A stretch of 64,000 bases of DNA from Hyphochytrium catenoides (GCA_900088475.1 FLMG01004315.1:1-64000), one strand, 5' to 3'. Shown: positions 1 through 14,200, counted from the stretch's first letter. The notes: generated by a model not told the origin, from the letters alone. Translations and numbers: made by a program.

Positions 1-2060
1 TCGGAAAAAATTCTGCACCGCCTGACGCAAAAACCTAAACAAAAAAGCTTCGCCCTTCGGGCTCGCCAATTACATCATTATTACATTACAGATTACAGAG
101 TTTTAGTTTGTTGACTGTTATTGAGACACCGCCAGCCCATTCATTACCCTCCAAGTGTACATAGATGGAACAGCGGTATTGATCAGTGATCAGATGGTTC
201 TCAACCTTCACAAACCAATCATGATGTCGAAGAATTGATTACTGCTGGCCCTGGTCCTACGTTTGGTCCTCCTACAGATACAGCAACAATAGTTGATGTG
301 TCATGAGTATGATTTGTTAGGGAGCAGTAGTGCAACCAATGACAATGACTCTTCTCCCCCACTCACTCGATGCATGATGATAGTGCTTGTTGATGGCGTA
401 GTTGTGGTGGGGTGGCAGCAGGGTGCTTATCACTGCTGGTGGGTGGTGGGAAACTAAGCCACGGGCACAATCATCTAAAAGTTGAGAAGAGTAGTCTTAC
501 GTTTTCAGTCAAGATAGTAAAAATGAACTTCAGGTTGGCCTACAAGGTGAGAAGCCCCAACAAGAAGCCCTGCCGATTCATCTCCCCCGAGGCAGTAGAG
601 GGTATTAATGCCCGCGAGATTCTAGTAGAGCCTGCAATAGAGGAACGGCCAGCCATTGGGTTTACCTGGGTCACCATAAAAGCACGTTCCTTGTTGTCAG
701 AAGAAGTAACAAAGCATTTTGCCTACCTCCTCTTGTAAAGGAATAATGTTATATGCTAGCTAGCTACATCCTACTAAAGCCGGCCCGCGCTTCTTTCTTC
801 TTTCCCCCTTATTGTTCATTGGAAGAACAAACAGACTTGACAGGTAGTAGTAACTTATTACAGAACCGATGAGACGGACTATATGAGGCATCCACACTGT
901 AATCTTCAGCTGTTAGGATAGCTTCTTCTCCTCGGTTCCTCTAAGTAGCTTTGTCTACTATACATTTAACGCAGCACTTTTGTCTCTGTTATACTATCAT
1001 CTAACTTTCCTAGTAGGAGCATATGCTATTGCTGCGCCCAGTGCTTGGAGGATGTCTGGGACGCTCTGCAAGCGATCTTCATCACTTAAACATAGATCAA
1101 GTGCCATCATAAGAAATAATTCTCGCCTTAGAAAACCTTGTTGCTCATCACCGCATAATTATTTATGTAGAGAAAAGATCGGATTCCAGTGCACTGTTGT
1201 GGCTGCCCCAACAAGAATGCTTCTGAATGGCTACTACTGCCGTGCGAGCCGACTAACACCTGCCCAAGAAGAAGGCACCATAAGGCACCCCGACAGTTGT
1301 GATTGTCTGAGAAGTTTGAACAGGATCTCTTCGACGAGAGTTCCGTAACCTACTATAGATGTTTCTCGCTCCATTGGCTTCTGGGGCATGCTATCATCAG
1401 TATGATGATGGTTCAGGAATGGAAGCTTTCTAAAGGCTGCGTTGATCATGATGCTGTCTGGGGGTTTGATGATGATGATGGCCTCTCTTTCAACAAGGAG
1501 AGGTATGCTGGTTCTATATTACTATCTATCACCATCCCAGCACCAAGGAGTTTACACTGCTAATAAAACTTGCAATAACGTCATATGCTCTTCACTTACA
1601 GAAGAAGCTCAACCTGCCATCAAGAGGACAGTCACGGGCTGGGCACGAGGAGGAGTAGGACCGAACGACTGGAGAGCCACCAGCAATCAATAATCTCCTA
1701 CCCGAAGACCATTGTCCGACCCACATTCTTAGCTGGATGATGAAGTACCAAACGGGTAGTTCCTTGGAGTCTCATCAACTTTTTCTTCCACAGAAACAGC
1801 TTATCACAGGTAATACCTATAAGCAGGTAAGCTATCTGCCGTCAGCTCTGTCGAAGAGACCTTGTCGTTACGCCATCGTCCACTGCATCTTAATGGAGCA
1901 CCAAACAACAACGATTCCTTGGTCGCTGTTTCTTGTACATATAAAAGCCTTTGCTTTGACTGTATTATCTTAGTCCTTGATAGATTGTTATGAATAAAAG
2001 ATGCAATATTTTGTATTGCAGTTGCCCCTAAGTGACGGGCCTAGGCCGACTCGCATTTTC
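1..2060. other. Non-genic, probably decayed repeat/pseudogene DNA
   Basis: No spliceable gene found. Protein-like frames are broken by stops (e.g. + strand EDVWDALQAIFIT*T*IKCHHK near 1048; ...KAPRQL*LSEKFEQDLFDE near 1300). CpG-poor. A GC hairpin gcccTTCGggc at 52-62 sits next to a short (ATTAC)-like repeat run at 69-97. Confidence 0.35.
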
Positions 2061-3167
2061 CACTTTTCCCATAAAGAAACAACAGTGATGACTGAAGAGG
2101 GGAATCAGTGGAAACAGACACAGGGATAACTTGTACTGTCCCGCAAATTTTCTGCTGAGCGTTTCCATGACTGTTTCCGGGAACATTCACTTATGATTTA
2201 TCCACCCTCCATGAAGTATTTGAAACCTTTTGAAAGCTTCAATGGGTTTCTGAGAGAGCCAGCAGGGAGGACCTGGGAAGCCAGGAAGCAATAAAAATCG
2301 ATAGGAGGGCAGAGACAGAGTCAGAAGAAAGAGCTGATGACGTGACAGACAGAGTGGCATGAGTCAGAACCTAGCCTTCCAACAAACATATAATTCGTAG
2401 GGAAGTCCCACCTCATGAGACACTAGCCAGAGTACTGGAGAGATATTTGACACAGAGACGACAAGACAGAGCGAGATGAAGAGACGACAAGAAGTAAAAG
2501 AAGAGATTTGGGCCAAATGAGAGACCTTCTGATCTCCACCTCGCTCCAACTCTGTCTATCATTGGCTACTCTACTTTCCCAGGCTTTCGACCTCTCTGTT
2601 GCGCTCTGTCTCTTGTCTTTTCACTCTGGTGTCTCTGCCAGACCATTCTGATCGCCGCCAGCTGTTGGTCTCTTCCAGCGCAAATGGAACTCTGAGAGGG
2701 AACGACCTCTCGTCCTTATGTCGCCACAACGACAAGAAAGAGACAGAGACGCCATTGATGTGTGCAAGATGTCTAGCGCATTCTGCGCAGGGCGTCCTAG
2801 GGAACGCTGCTGACGGCAGGAGATTCGTCGACAGAGCCTCTACTGACCTAGTCGCTGTGTCGCTCTCTATTGGGGCACAATTGCTCTGGTTGTGCTGCAA
2901 GCTCCAGGAGTCCCGGTGCTTGGACACTTGCCACCTTCAAGCTTAACTTCAATTTGACGCTTAAAGCTTACACAGAGAGAGAGCAATAGAGATGCGGTCA
3001 ACTGGGTAAGCCTTCACATCCGCTTCTCAGAAAGGGAGGATATAACGACAGCTGGGACTTGGTCGTGACCTAGAGTCGTGGCTAAAACCGACCTCTACGG
3101 TTCCAGCCAGAAGAGGACTGGCGATCACCTTGTGCTTTCTATCTTTGCATCACCCGTCGTCAGGAAC

Positions 3168-6100
3168 ATGCAGCATGATAGTGACTCAGACGATGATGAA
3201 CTCATGGCGCATTTCGGCCTCGTCATGGGCTCAGAGGAGACTTGTGCCTTCTGTGCTCGGGTAGGAGCACGCGCTAGGTGTAAAGTGTGCCATGGGACAG
3301 TCTATTGCGACCAGGATTGCTTAAGGAGAGACTTTCCGAGGCACAGGCCTGCTTGTCTGTCCTTCACACAGCGTTAGTGGCGTTCTAACTTCGTTCTAAC
3401 CTCGCTATCTTGTCTGATATCGCTCCTATGCACGTTATGTCTTTAAGGTTGTTTGCTCTTTGAGTCGCGTTTAACAATGCAATTATTGACTCTGTTCTGC
3501 AGCCTGCTGCCGCCATCGTTCTCGTCTACAGCTGCTCAATATCTCCGCCTGCATCACCCATCATTTGCTCAGAGGCTGACCTCCGTCGGCTGCTTCTTCA
3601 TCCGTCTTCGAGTGGTTCTCGTTTCTTATCTTAGCCAAAGCCTGTAGAACATTTTTAAGATCTCGAGTTTTCTCCCCCTTCCTTGCTCTGTCCGTGACCC
3701 ATTCCCTTGACCGATGGTAGGCAACCGCCCTGCTGAGACAGATGAGGAGGGTGAACACTCAAGCAGCGAAGAAGAGCGACCGTCACGCTTTTCTAGAAGG
3801 GAGAGCTCGCGGGGGAGCCAAGTACTGCGGAGAGAGAGTAGTCGGCGAACGCCTTCTCCTGCCAAAGTCAGCGGTATCCCCAAAAGTGCAAGTAGCAAGA
3901 GTCTTCAGGAGTTTCGTAAGCCTCCTCCTTCCAACCCAAGCCCAAGCCACGCGCCTTCGGATCCTCGACGCCTTCCTCTGTCATTGCCCGCCTCAGTCCA
4001 AATTAAACGGGCTTCTGCATTGACTGAAGAAGAGAAACGAAGCATGCTCCAGTTAACAGAGAAGATGGAGCAGGTGCACTCTAGCTTTTGCGACGATGCC
4101 TTGTCGTCTCCTATCTCTGTGTCTCTCTTTCTCTACCTCTTTGTCTCTTTCACTGCGACCTCCTTCTTCATGATCATTCTCGGCGCTGCGCTGTCTGTAA
4201 GACCATATGTGTTTCAGCTTAGATTTTTTTGATTCATCTTTGCTGTTCACTGCCTTGGAATCAACCTTGACTTCATAGGTTCGATACGGGTTTTCATGAT
4301 CCCGCATGGCATCATCGGTCCCATTTTGCCACTCTCGCCTCCTTCGTAGTGAGTTTACAGTGCTCTTCTTTGGCTTTTTTTACTTGCTCAATGTTCCTAA
4401 TCCGGAGCATTCTCTGCGTGGTCGCGACGCTTACGTGGTTTTACTCTCTCAGGTGGAGATTTCGCAAGCACTTAAGATCAAGGAGCTAGAAAGTCAGTTA
4501 GAAGCGCTGAAACAAAGAGCGGACGCTGTGCAGAAGCAGCAGGCCGATAGAGAGAAAGAGCTGCGCGGAAGTAGCGGAAGTCTAGATAACAGGAGTAGTG
4601 TGACCAGCATTACTTCGTCCTTTTCTAGCAGTGAACAATCCTCTTCGTCAATAGTACATCCCTCAACCCCCTCCGCAGCTGATGCGGTGGGAATGAGCAG
4701 TGAGGCTTATCTAGGTGAGCTCCGAGCTCAGATCGATGAGCTCAGGAAGACGCTACAAGCAATTAGCAGTCCATCTGAGGAAGAGAAGATGGAGGTTGAA
4801 GACAGAAATAAAAGCTCAGCGGCGTGGATGGCTCAGGTAATAATGTCTCCTCAAGTACCTATCTCAGCCTTGGCTGAGAGTTTTCTTCAATCGCTCCATG
4901 TTCACCTCACTTGCCCCGCTTGTTCGCTCTGGTCCGAACTGCTTCCTCACTCACTTTGCCTTACTTTCTGCCAAAACAATCGCATCTTGAGCTAAGCAGT
5001 TGCGTATTCACCTGTCAATTGAACTTCAATCGTTTCAATCGTTTCACATGCAGTCTCTGTCCCCCTATGAGCCACTCCTGGTTAAGGACGATCCTGCTTT
5101 TGCCAAATATTTCAAGCTCAGGTAAGAGGTTCGGCAACCACGGCGGTTGAAAGTGAGAAGTAGGAGAATTGGTAGGGAATCTAGAAGGAGCTTAGAGAGC
5201 GGATAGACATTGGAAATGCCTGGCTTTGTCAGGGGGATGTGGAGGGATGGTCGTCCAGGCAGTTGTGAATACGTACGTAAACAATGCGAAGCGACGGTGG
5301 GCTTCAAGGGAAAGTCGCCTTCATACTTAAACGGCTTTGCTTCCTCGTTTACTCATTTAAAGATCACTGGGGATGACGACGGAGCAAGTGCAGGCGAAAA
5401 TGCAGATGGAAGGGGTTGATCCCGAACTGCTTAACCGCCCAGACGACAACTCTCCCAATGATAGAGGACCTCCCTCTCTTTCTGTACCTTTCTCTCTATC
5501 CGGAAACCCCTCTGCCACCGCGAGCCAAGTGGCTAGATCTGTTTCCATTGAAGATTTGGTGGCCATGGTTCTTCAGCATCAAAAATATTTTCAGAATGGA
5601 TGTAAGCTCTCATTGCTCTTCCCCACTGTCATCTACTTCAAATCGTTTTCACGGTTTGGGTCTTGCCTTTCTCGCTTCACTTATCACTCTCCCCTCTTCT
5701 GGTTGTTTTCGGTGCTTGAAAGCCTCAGCGCCGTGTGTACAATCGGGCTTGCTATTCCTTGGAGCCGTAGGGCTCATTGCGCATCCGCTAATCAAGGTTA
5801 ACATATTCCTTACACGTCTCTATATTCATGTAGTGGGTGCCTCGGAGCAAAAAGCTAGCAAAGCTACACCTCCTCTTCCACAAGTGGATATGGGGAGCGT
5901 GGCAGGCACTGCCATGGAGACTGAACAGAATAGTTTAGAGGACCAGATGGCCAGAGAGCTAGAAGAAGCAGAGCAAGCAGCAGAAGATCTATTCGGGACG
6001 GAGGTGAATGCTCCGGTGCAGCCAGGAGCGACCCTCATCCAACAGGTACGTGACTCAACTTCCGGATTGCGTCTCTTCTTATTGCTTTCTTTTGACATCA

Positions 6101-7923
6101 CCTCTCACCTTTACACCTCTTTGTTCTTGCCAACCTGACACTGCTGGGGGCTCGCGTTTGATCGACGCCAATGTATTCTGTTTGACGTTGGTGCATTCCT
6201 AGCTGGAGAAGCGGGCTCGACGGGAAGCCAACTTGGTTCTGGTCAACAATAGAGAGCAGCTGATGAAGCTCATTCATAGAATTAATAGCGAGAATATCGA
6301 GACGCAGGAGGTACATAGCTTCTGATATTCTTTCCTTCTGTAAGGGATCAACTCATATTTGCCGACTGCTCTGTCTGGTCCTTGCCTTCATGTGGCCTAT
6401 CTGAACATAATCGTCGCATCTAACGTGACTCTCATCACACCCCTCCTCTCTTCCTCTCATCCTTGCTATTGGTGTATGTACGCCTCCCCCGCTTGCGGAG
6501 TAGGAAGGCATAAAGCTCTATCAGGAGGTGTATCCGGAGGTGAGCAAAGAGAGTGATGTAACTACTGACACAGACTTTATCGCTTGTCGGCTCCTTATTC
6601 AATTTTGGTGCATTTGCTGTGCGGCATGGATGCTTGGCTTTACCTTGTGCGTCTCTATACGTGTACTGCTCTTACGCTCCCCGACTCTCAACTGGCCTTT
6701 AGCTTGAGAAGCTTGGGCTTGTGCTTGGCACAGCACCCGTTCAGACATGGTCGGCCAGGTATGGCGCCACAACTTGTCCTCCTCTTCCTATTCTGTCTTC
6801 TCTTTTCTCCGACCAGGGGGGTCGTCTGTATCCTATCTCTATCTAGACGTACTTGATGGTTGGTACTTTGTCATGGTCTAGACCGCTGGTCTCTCATTTA
6901 CGCTCATGCCTATTGATAGCTGTTTTGATCTCATGCCTTACTTGGAAGCTGTGTGACTTGGTTTTCACAGTGAATCTCTTTCTGTTTACCCTTCGTTTGT
7001 TACAACCAGGCTCCTCATAAAGAGACGTGAATCTGGAGACTGGTGGTTTTCTGAGACAGAGCGATTGGACGCAGGGAGGGCATACTGCCGTCTCTGGGCG
7101 CTGGCCTCTCTTTCCATCTTTGTGGCACAGATAGACGAGAAGAAGAGACAGATTGAGGCTGCTCCATCGGTGCTCCCCAAAGTCTGCAAGACCAAGGCAG
7201 AGGTCGTAGAGCGATACACACAACTGCTCAAGGAAATGGTAAGAACATTTGAGCCCTGTCTTGCTAGGTTGAGAGTCGGGAGAGTCTTCATCTCACTTCG
7301 CCACTGTGACGGGCTTGTAGGTGAAGCTTCGCCATAAGATCTTCCGATCAGCAGACTTTCACACCGAGCTCAAGCGTTTGCAGCAAGAGAGTATCCCGCA
7401 CCGTCTCGTTGAGTTGGAGGGAGAGCTTACTCAGGCCGCCGCCGTGCTGGGGAACTCATCTCTCGCCTTAGCGCTGGAGGACGTCAATGGCCTAAATAGA
7501 GAGAATGAGAGAGGGAAACGGCTGATGGCTCCTGCCGTTATATATCTTGGTACGAAACTCTGTAGAGAACGTCCAGATGGACGACCGGCCTTTTATCCTA
7601 TTCTAGTAGGGGCCGCCCATCTGGACTATGACGTACTCTAATTCCTGGACCAGCAAAAAGATTTTTCGTTGTTCCTCCTACTGCGATCAAGCACGTTAGC
7701 TTTCTCATCTATTCTGCTCTCTACACGCTGTTGACTGTTGGCTTCTTCGCATTTCATGTGTGCCGTAGGCGAGAAGGCTCTTCAGCTTTATCAGATTGTG
7801 CAGAAAGTTGACTCTAGAGGCCTGAAGGAGGATGAAGCAGCTTCCCTCTCTCAATCCGTACAAATGCTGAAGTCTGTCTATAAAGGGCAAACAGAGGAGG
7901 AGGACGATGCTGACGCATTATAG
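3168..7923 (+). CDS. Multi-exon protein: N-terminal MYND zinc finger, Ser/Pro-rich linker, coiled coil, CCDC53/WASHC3-type motif, C-terminal helical domain resembling CHUP1-C
   Basis: About 12 exons join in frame through GT-AG introns. MYND pattern CAFC..RCKVCHGTVYCDQDCLRRDFPRHRPAC. The spliced motif is VKDDPAFAKYFKLRSLGMTTEQVQAKMQMEGVDPELLNRPD (5081-5445). Stop TAG at 7921-7923. Confidence 0.8.
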
Positions 7924-8286
7924 CTCAAGGCACCCTTCTATCGGCCCATACAGCCTCTCTTGCCATTGCTTATCTTAGCGAATGATAGAGGCATTCCTAG
8001 AGAAGAGAGGTCTTACTAGGAGAAGAGCTCGCCACTCATAGACATTCACGGGAACAAGGAGTACTTTATAGAGCAGTGGCTGGAAGAGAGACTACGTTTG
8101 GTCCCCCAATGTACCATTAAGATGTAATATGTTGACACCACTAACTATTATCAAAGGGGGAAGCTACATTCCCGCCACCCCTAGAGCAAAGTGCATTTCT
8201 CCTCTCCGTCTTATAACCCTGTTGTCTTCCTCGCCCACATCCTTGGTCCCTCTTGCGCTGCTAGGTCCCGATTCTCGTTTCACATT

Positions 8287-11200
8287 CTACGGCGCGATGC
8301 TATCGACTACCATCTGACTGACAGCAGTATCCTCGGATCGAACGGCCATCTGGAGAATGGGAAAGAAAGAGCAAACATATGGGAGCGTAAAGATAGTCCG
8401 ATAAGCTCCGTGCCATTGGGTTATCCGTTGCACGATGTTGTCGCGTCTAACTCACCTTTAACACGGTCTGACCTCCTTCCATGGCAAGCATGACCCTAGC
8501 CAACACCTTGACGCCGCCAACATAAACTCCTGCATGGTGTGTTTAGCAGAGTGTTGCCCAACGGAGGTCAAGGAGAAGAGAACCGGTTGTCGTTACGCTC
8601 AGAAAAGAGAGAGTCACTATATATGCGACAAAGAGAAAGAAACGTTGGGGCCTGGGCAAGGAAATGGGCAAGATGCAACTGTGGTGTATGCACATCAGCA
8701 AAGAGACTAAACTTCCGAAGTAGATAGATCGGCGGTATTTGCAGGACGGAGACCAACGGCTCACCTGACAGAAGTATCATGTGCTGCTTGGCCTTGGGCT
8801 GCACAGAGGCGGTGCCTTCACAGGGTTGCATACCCAAGAAGTCAATGACCTGGATCACTCCTTCCTCCAAGGACTTGAACTGCAGTGAATATGCTTCTCT
8901 CTCTTCATGCTCGTCACCCAGCTGCGGGGACAGCACTTTAGTCATGACAGCAGCTACTTGAAGTCAAGAGCTTGAGAGAGGTACATGCAGAGTAAAGAAC
9001 ACTGAAGATAGAGGTTGACCCCATGGCGGTATGACAAAAAGAGGGCTCAAACTGTGGCTAAGACAGAAAAGTAGATGGGATAGGTACCTCCTAGATAGAG
9101 AAGAAATAGTCACAGTCAATGAGAGGCACCGGGCCTATGCCAACGGGAGCCGGGTCGGCCGAGGAAGCCTAAGAAGCACTCAATCACCTGTTCCCAAGCA
9201 GATCGAAAGTCTTGAACTTGGACCTTAGCCATGAAGTCCGCAGCTGCAAGCTCAAGCTCTTCGAGCGGATACTGCTCATCATATCCTTCACCTTCCGCCT
9301 CCCCAGTTGCTGGGTCACAGTCATAGAGTTGGAATTGTAGCTGCGAGACATGAAGGTAAGCGAGGGACAGCGTGGGATCAAACGACTCGCCGTCCTAGTT
9401 CTGTTCACCCCCACTGGATAACGGAATCATGCCTCGGCAGGTGTGCGTGCCTAAGCCTAACATTCATGTTGCTGAAGACCTTAAGCCATCCCTTCTATGA
9501 GCCATCTTTGACCTCCATTGCTGTTTCGCTCCTGTTACGCTTCCTCCCTCTCTGCCTCTGTGTACGCCACTTCTGTCTGTTGTCCTTTGCCGTGGCCGCT
9601 CTTGTGCTTTAGACAACCCGCCGTACCTCGTTGGCTAAGTTGGTGACGCCTAGACCAGCTCCTGCTACGTTCTTTAGACAGACATATGCCCTTCCAGGTT
9701 TGCCATAGGGCACTCGCTCACAAGGGATGACAGGACCCATTTCCCACGCTCCTTGCTCAGCCGGGGTAACCTTGACGGTCACATTACCTAGCAGCTGGTC
9801 GTTCACCGTGTTGTTGATGTTATACTGGAGAGAGAGGATCAACAGAAGGAACCAATGAGACCCCAACAATGGTTCCACGCAGAGCCAAGAACGAGTACAG
9901 GGTTCATAGGCCATGGAGGAAAAGGAAAAAGTAGTGAGAATAGCGAGACTCTGATGGTGGAGTTCAACCCAACGTTTGAAGATTCTGATCCCAGCACTGC
10001 TAGTCACGCGCGTTTCCTCGCTTCTCATATTGTTCCTTGTTACTCGCGAACAATAGTCGAGCAACCTGCGCTCACTTTTTGATATCGTCGCACCAAATAT
10101 CTCTCGGCCTCGTCGTCCAGCAGATCTCTATTATCTGACTCTCTCTCGCCCATTTATGTTTCAAAAACCACTCAGTCCGTACCTGTAGGACAACATGCTG
10201 GGGGAAAATGTGCTTGGTGACCGTAACGAAGTATTCTGCCTCTTGTTCAGTCAGCTCAACAGGCCGAGAACTGCGGAATAACTGGCCCAAGTTGGCAAAT
10301 TGTGGGAGCTGGACCACAGCAGTAGGAGGGCGGACGGGGCGTGGTGACAAGGCTCAGCAATGCACGTGAATAGGAAAAGGTAAGAGAGAAAGTAGAAGAA
10401 TATATGTCTCGCACTTGCTAGATATGTGAGACAAGAGGTAGACGAAGAGTGATAGAGATTGAGAACTGGAGTTTACGCGGAAACGACCTACGAAGTTCAC
10501 CACATATATGCACAAGGGGTACTAGTCCAGAACGGAGAGAGAGGGGACAAAACGATACAAGCACAACTCGACCTTATAGAGCTCTTGTGCCGCTGAGACT
10601 TCTTCACTCTTTGTCTCCTGACCTGGAAGAACAGGCGAAGCAGCAGCCGGCGCATTGACTCCTGTGTAGGGAGATGAAAGAGTTAACCTTTAGAGGGGGT
10701 GGCAAAAGACCTGTCCACGAGCGGCATACAGTTCACATGAGAATAACAACAACCAACATGCTAGAGGCGTAGCCACGAGGGATGATATGGGGAAGAAAGT
10801 TAGAAATGGAAGAAAGTTAGAAATGCGGGTCCAACCGCGCTACCTCTTTTAACAGGTTCAGGTGCTCTTTCTTCTACAACTGGCAGTGCCGCGAAAGTGA
10901 CTGGACCTTCACTTGGCCTTAGCATGTACGTCTCCAAGGAGCGATTAAGAGCGTCCGCTGACATCGGAAGAGCTGAACCCAGAATTGAAGCACTTAGCGA
11001 AAGGGTAGTAACCACGGTGCAAGAACAGAAAGGAAACATTCAGGAATATCAAGAAGAAAGTGAAAGAAACAGACTCAACCCATTGACTAGGGCAAGTCAG
11101 GAAGACTAACAGAGCTCCTCGACCGGCATCTCTCTCTCGGATCCCCAGCCCAGACCCCGCACGATAGAAGAGCAAGCCAACGTGCGTGATCTCTTGTTAG

Positions 11201-14200
11201 AAGCCTTGAAGGCATTCACGTTCTCTCTTTACCCAAGGGACTCTGTTAGTCTCGTCTCTTACCAGTAGTGAAAACAGGTCTCGACTGTTCTTCTTCTACC
11301 TCCAGCACCTTCAGGTACGTTGTGGCTCTATCCCGAACCTCATCATCCTCATCTACAGCGATATATATCGTCAATAGGGAGAAAGGCTATCGGTGAGCAG
11401 GTTAAGGAGAGCTGAGATTTTACACAGATCAGGGAGATGATTGAAAAAGCTAACAAATGATTCGCTCGTTGATGTACCTTCTACCGATCTCTTTATCAGC
11501 GCGACTACTCCCGCCCTTAGCGCAGGGATCTTGGAAGCAAAAGCAGAGAGGGCGGAGACTGCGGAGGCTCTTATAGTAGGATTTTCTAGGATCACACGGT
11601 TATAGATGAACCGGACGTAACGTGCCGGGGCGCGAGTAGTGGGACCTAGCTCTCCTAGGACGTACAGAACCTATCATAGAAGGATAGCCAGGCAAATAAC
11701 AGTCCCGGTCAGTGACGCGACAGTTCAACATAGACGTAAGTATGGCCTCGCAGTCTTCTGCCTCTTGCCTCTCCCTCCTCCTCAATACCGAATCCGTCGG
11801 TCTCCACGACCAGCAGCCACTATTATGTTAACTTACCTGGACGGATAGCTGGGTGAACTCGCAGTCTTCGATAAATTCACAAAGGTGGAGAAGTCCAGTC
11901 TCTTTGCTGTCGGGCACCCTGCTGATAACCTCCAAGATGGCGTCGGTGATGGTTTTCTTGAAGTCATAACCTCCCTCCTCTCTAAGAAAGTTGGAGAGGA
12001 AGTTCAACAGGATGCGATACTTCTGGGGATATCTGTACCATCGACAGGGGCGGCGTGAGAAGGTCATATAGCTAACTGGAAGCAAACAGATGCATGGCAT
12101 GTAAGAAAGACACTAGACAACAGCCAAAATATTTGCACGAGACACTTTATGCACATTAAGCACAATCAAACCCATTGACTACAGATGTCAACCTATAACA
12201 AAGGCAAGAACAGCTGGGTTGAGCTGGTGATTGTTTAGAATACCTGAGGCAGAGGTTTCGTATGGCATCAACGACAACAATCTTGAACTCATCCGCAATC
12301 TCGCCCATAAAGTTAGTGATTTGCTTCATCAGTCTGTCGATTGAAGACTCGCTACCAGTCTTTAAGAGAGTCGTGATCGCTAAAGAAAAGAGCACAAATA
12401 ATTAGCCAAAGCCCCAACCAAAGAGAAAGAGAACCTTCTCCGAAGTGATAGCAGCTATGGCTATGGCCCGTCACTATAAGAAAGATCCAGCAGGGCTATA
12501 ACCAATGTTTCGATGGGAACGAGAAAGGAGCCTCGTAATGCCCGGCAGTCATAGAGCGAAAAGAGAGGGAGAGAAAGAGAGGACGTGTTGGGTGAGAGGT
12601 CGTACCCAAGGTCGCAATAGATCTATTGCCATCTGAGATCAACGACTCCATTTCCTCGTTGCACTTGCTAACAGCTAACGGATTGGTTTGGGATACCGTG
12701 CTGAGCGTGCGAACAGCCGCAAGCTTGACGGCAGGCTTTGGAGATGAGAGGAATAGCTGCAAGCATGTGATAGCAGGAGCCAAGTCCTGGGCATCGACTC
12801 CTGGGAGAGAGCAAATAGCTCGTGCCGCTTCATAAATGACCATCTGCCATACCCAAAAGAAGGTTAGACGTAACTTCTGACGTCTGAACCGCTTGATAGG
12901 AGTCAAATAAGCGTGTTCTCGCTCTCTCGTTGCTATCCTTATATATTCCCGCAATCGACCGATGGCCCCTGCGGCCCCGCATTTCTAGGCTCGCGTTATC
13001 GTACCTCGTTCTTTTGCCGGAGGCAGCTCTCAAGGAATTGGTAGGCTGCTCTAGCATCAGTTGCGGACAGATCTTCCTGCATCAGCTTGGAAGTATAACG
13101 TATGAGGAGGCACATCCCCAGAGGCGATCGCAGCCCGTTTCTGGATAACGTTGTGACCAGCTACAGAGAGGGCCAAACATCAGACACGACCCGCAAAGGG
13201 ACCAGCTGTCGCCCGAGCTTGAGGTACCTTGGAAATCGCCAGCTTATCGTGCTTCTTGATAGTATAAAGAAGAGACAGGGCATGGTACTGCACCATCTCA
13301 TGTGGAGAATTGAGAGCCTCCTGCACCTCATTCACCCATTTCCTTATTATCTCTGGGCTTTTCTTGAAAAGGTGCATGCCAGAGACCAAAGCGGAGCTGC
13401 TAACTAAAGGGTTGCGATCCACGATTGCCTGCTTGATGTACCTCTCAATGCTCCCCAGCATAGTCGCCTGAGAAAAAAACACGGATGTGAGCACTTAGTA
13501 GGGCCACTACGATTTAAAGCCAAAGACTAGGAAAAGCGCGACGCCAGAGGGGTAGCGCGACGCCAGAGGGGTACTTCCCTTCTACGGACGCGTCAGGCTA
13601 ATTGTACTAGGCTCCATCAATTGAAGCTCCAAATGAAGTAACAAGGACAAGAGAATGTTTGAGGGTGACTCACATCAATTATCTTGCTTAGCACACGAAC
13701 AGAGTTGGCTCTGTACAGGTCAACATCTGCATTCATGTCCTTCCAGAGGCTCTGCGTGACGATGATGACCTACATCCAAAGACCAAACAGTCAAAGAAGA
13801 GATAGTTTACGTCCTCATGGCTCGCCTTACCTCATCGGCGGCAGTAGATTCTGATTCTGCTACTTCTTTGAGGAACAAATACATCATACGCCGTAGGTTC
13901 GGCTATATTACATGGCAAGTCAGGTCACCGTCTGGGACGATAGGAAAAGGGCGGGAGAATGCAGACGCAGACAGGCACCCAGAACCTCCTCGGAGGCCCA
14001 GGAACGCATTTTACGCACAGAAGACCAAGAGAAAGGGCTAAGACAACACGCTTCCACACGCAAAGTAATCGGCGTCAAAGCAGCAGCAAGATATCATCTT
14101 CATGGAGGTCTCACATCTTTTGACTGAAAGAGCTTTGTGACTCCAAAAAAGACTTCTGAAGACTCTGTCCTAGAAAAAGGCTCTCCTTGCGTCAGGATGT

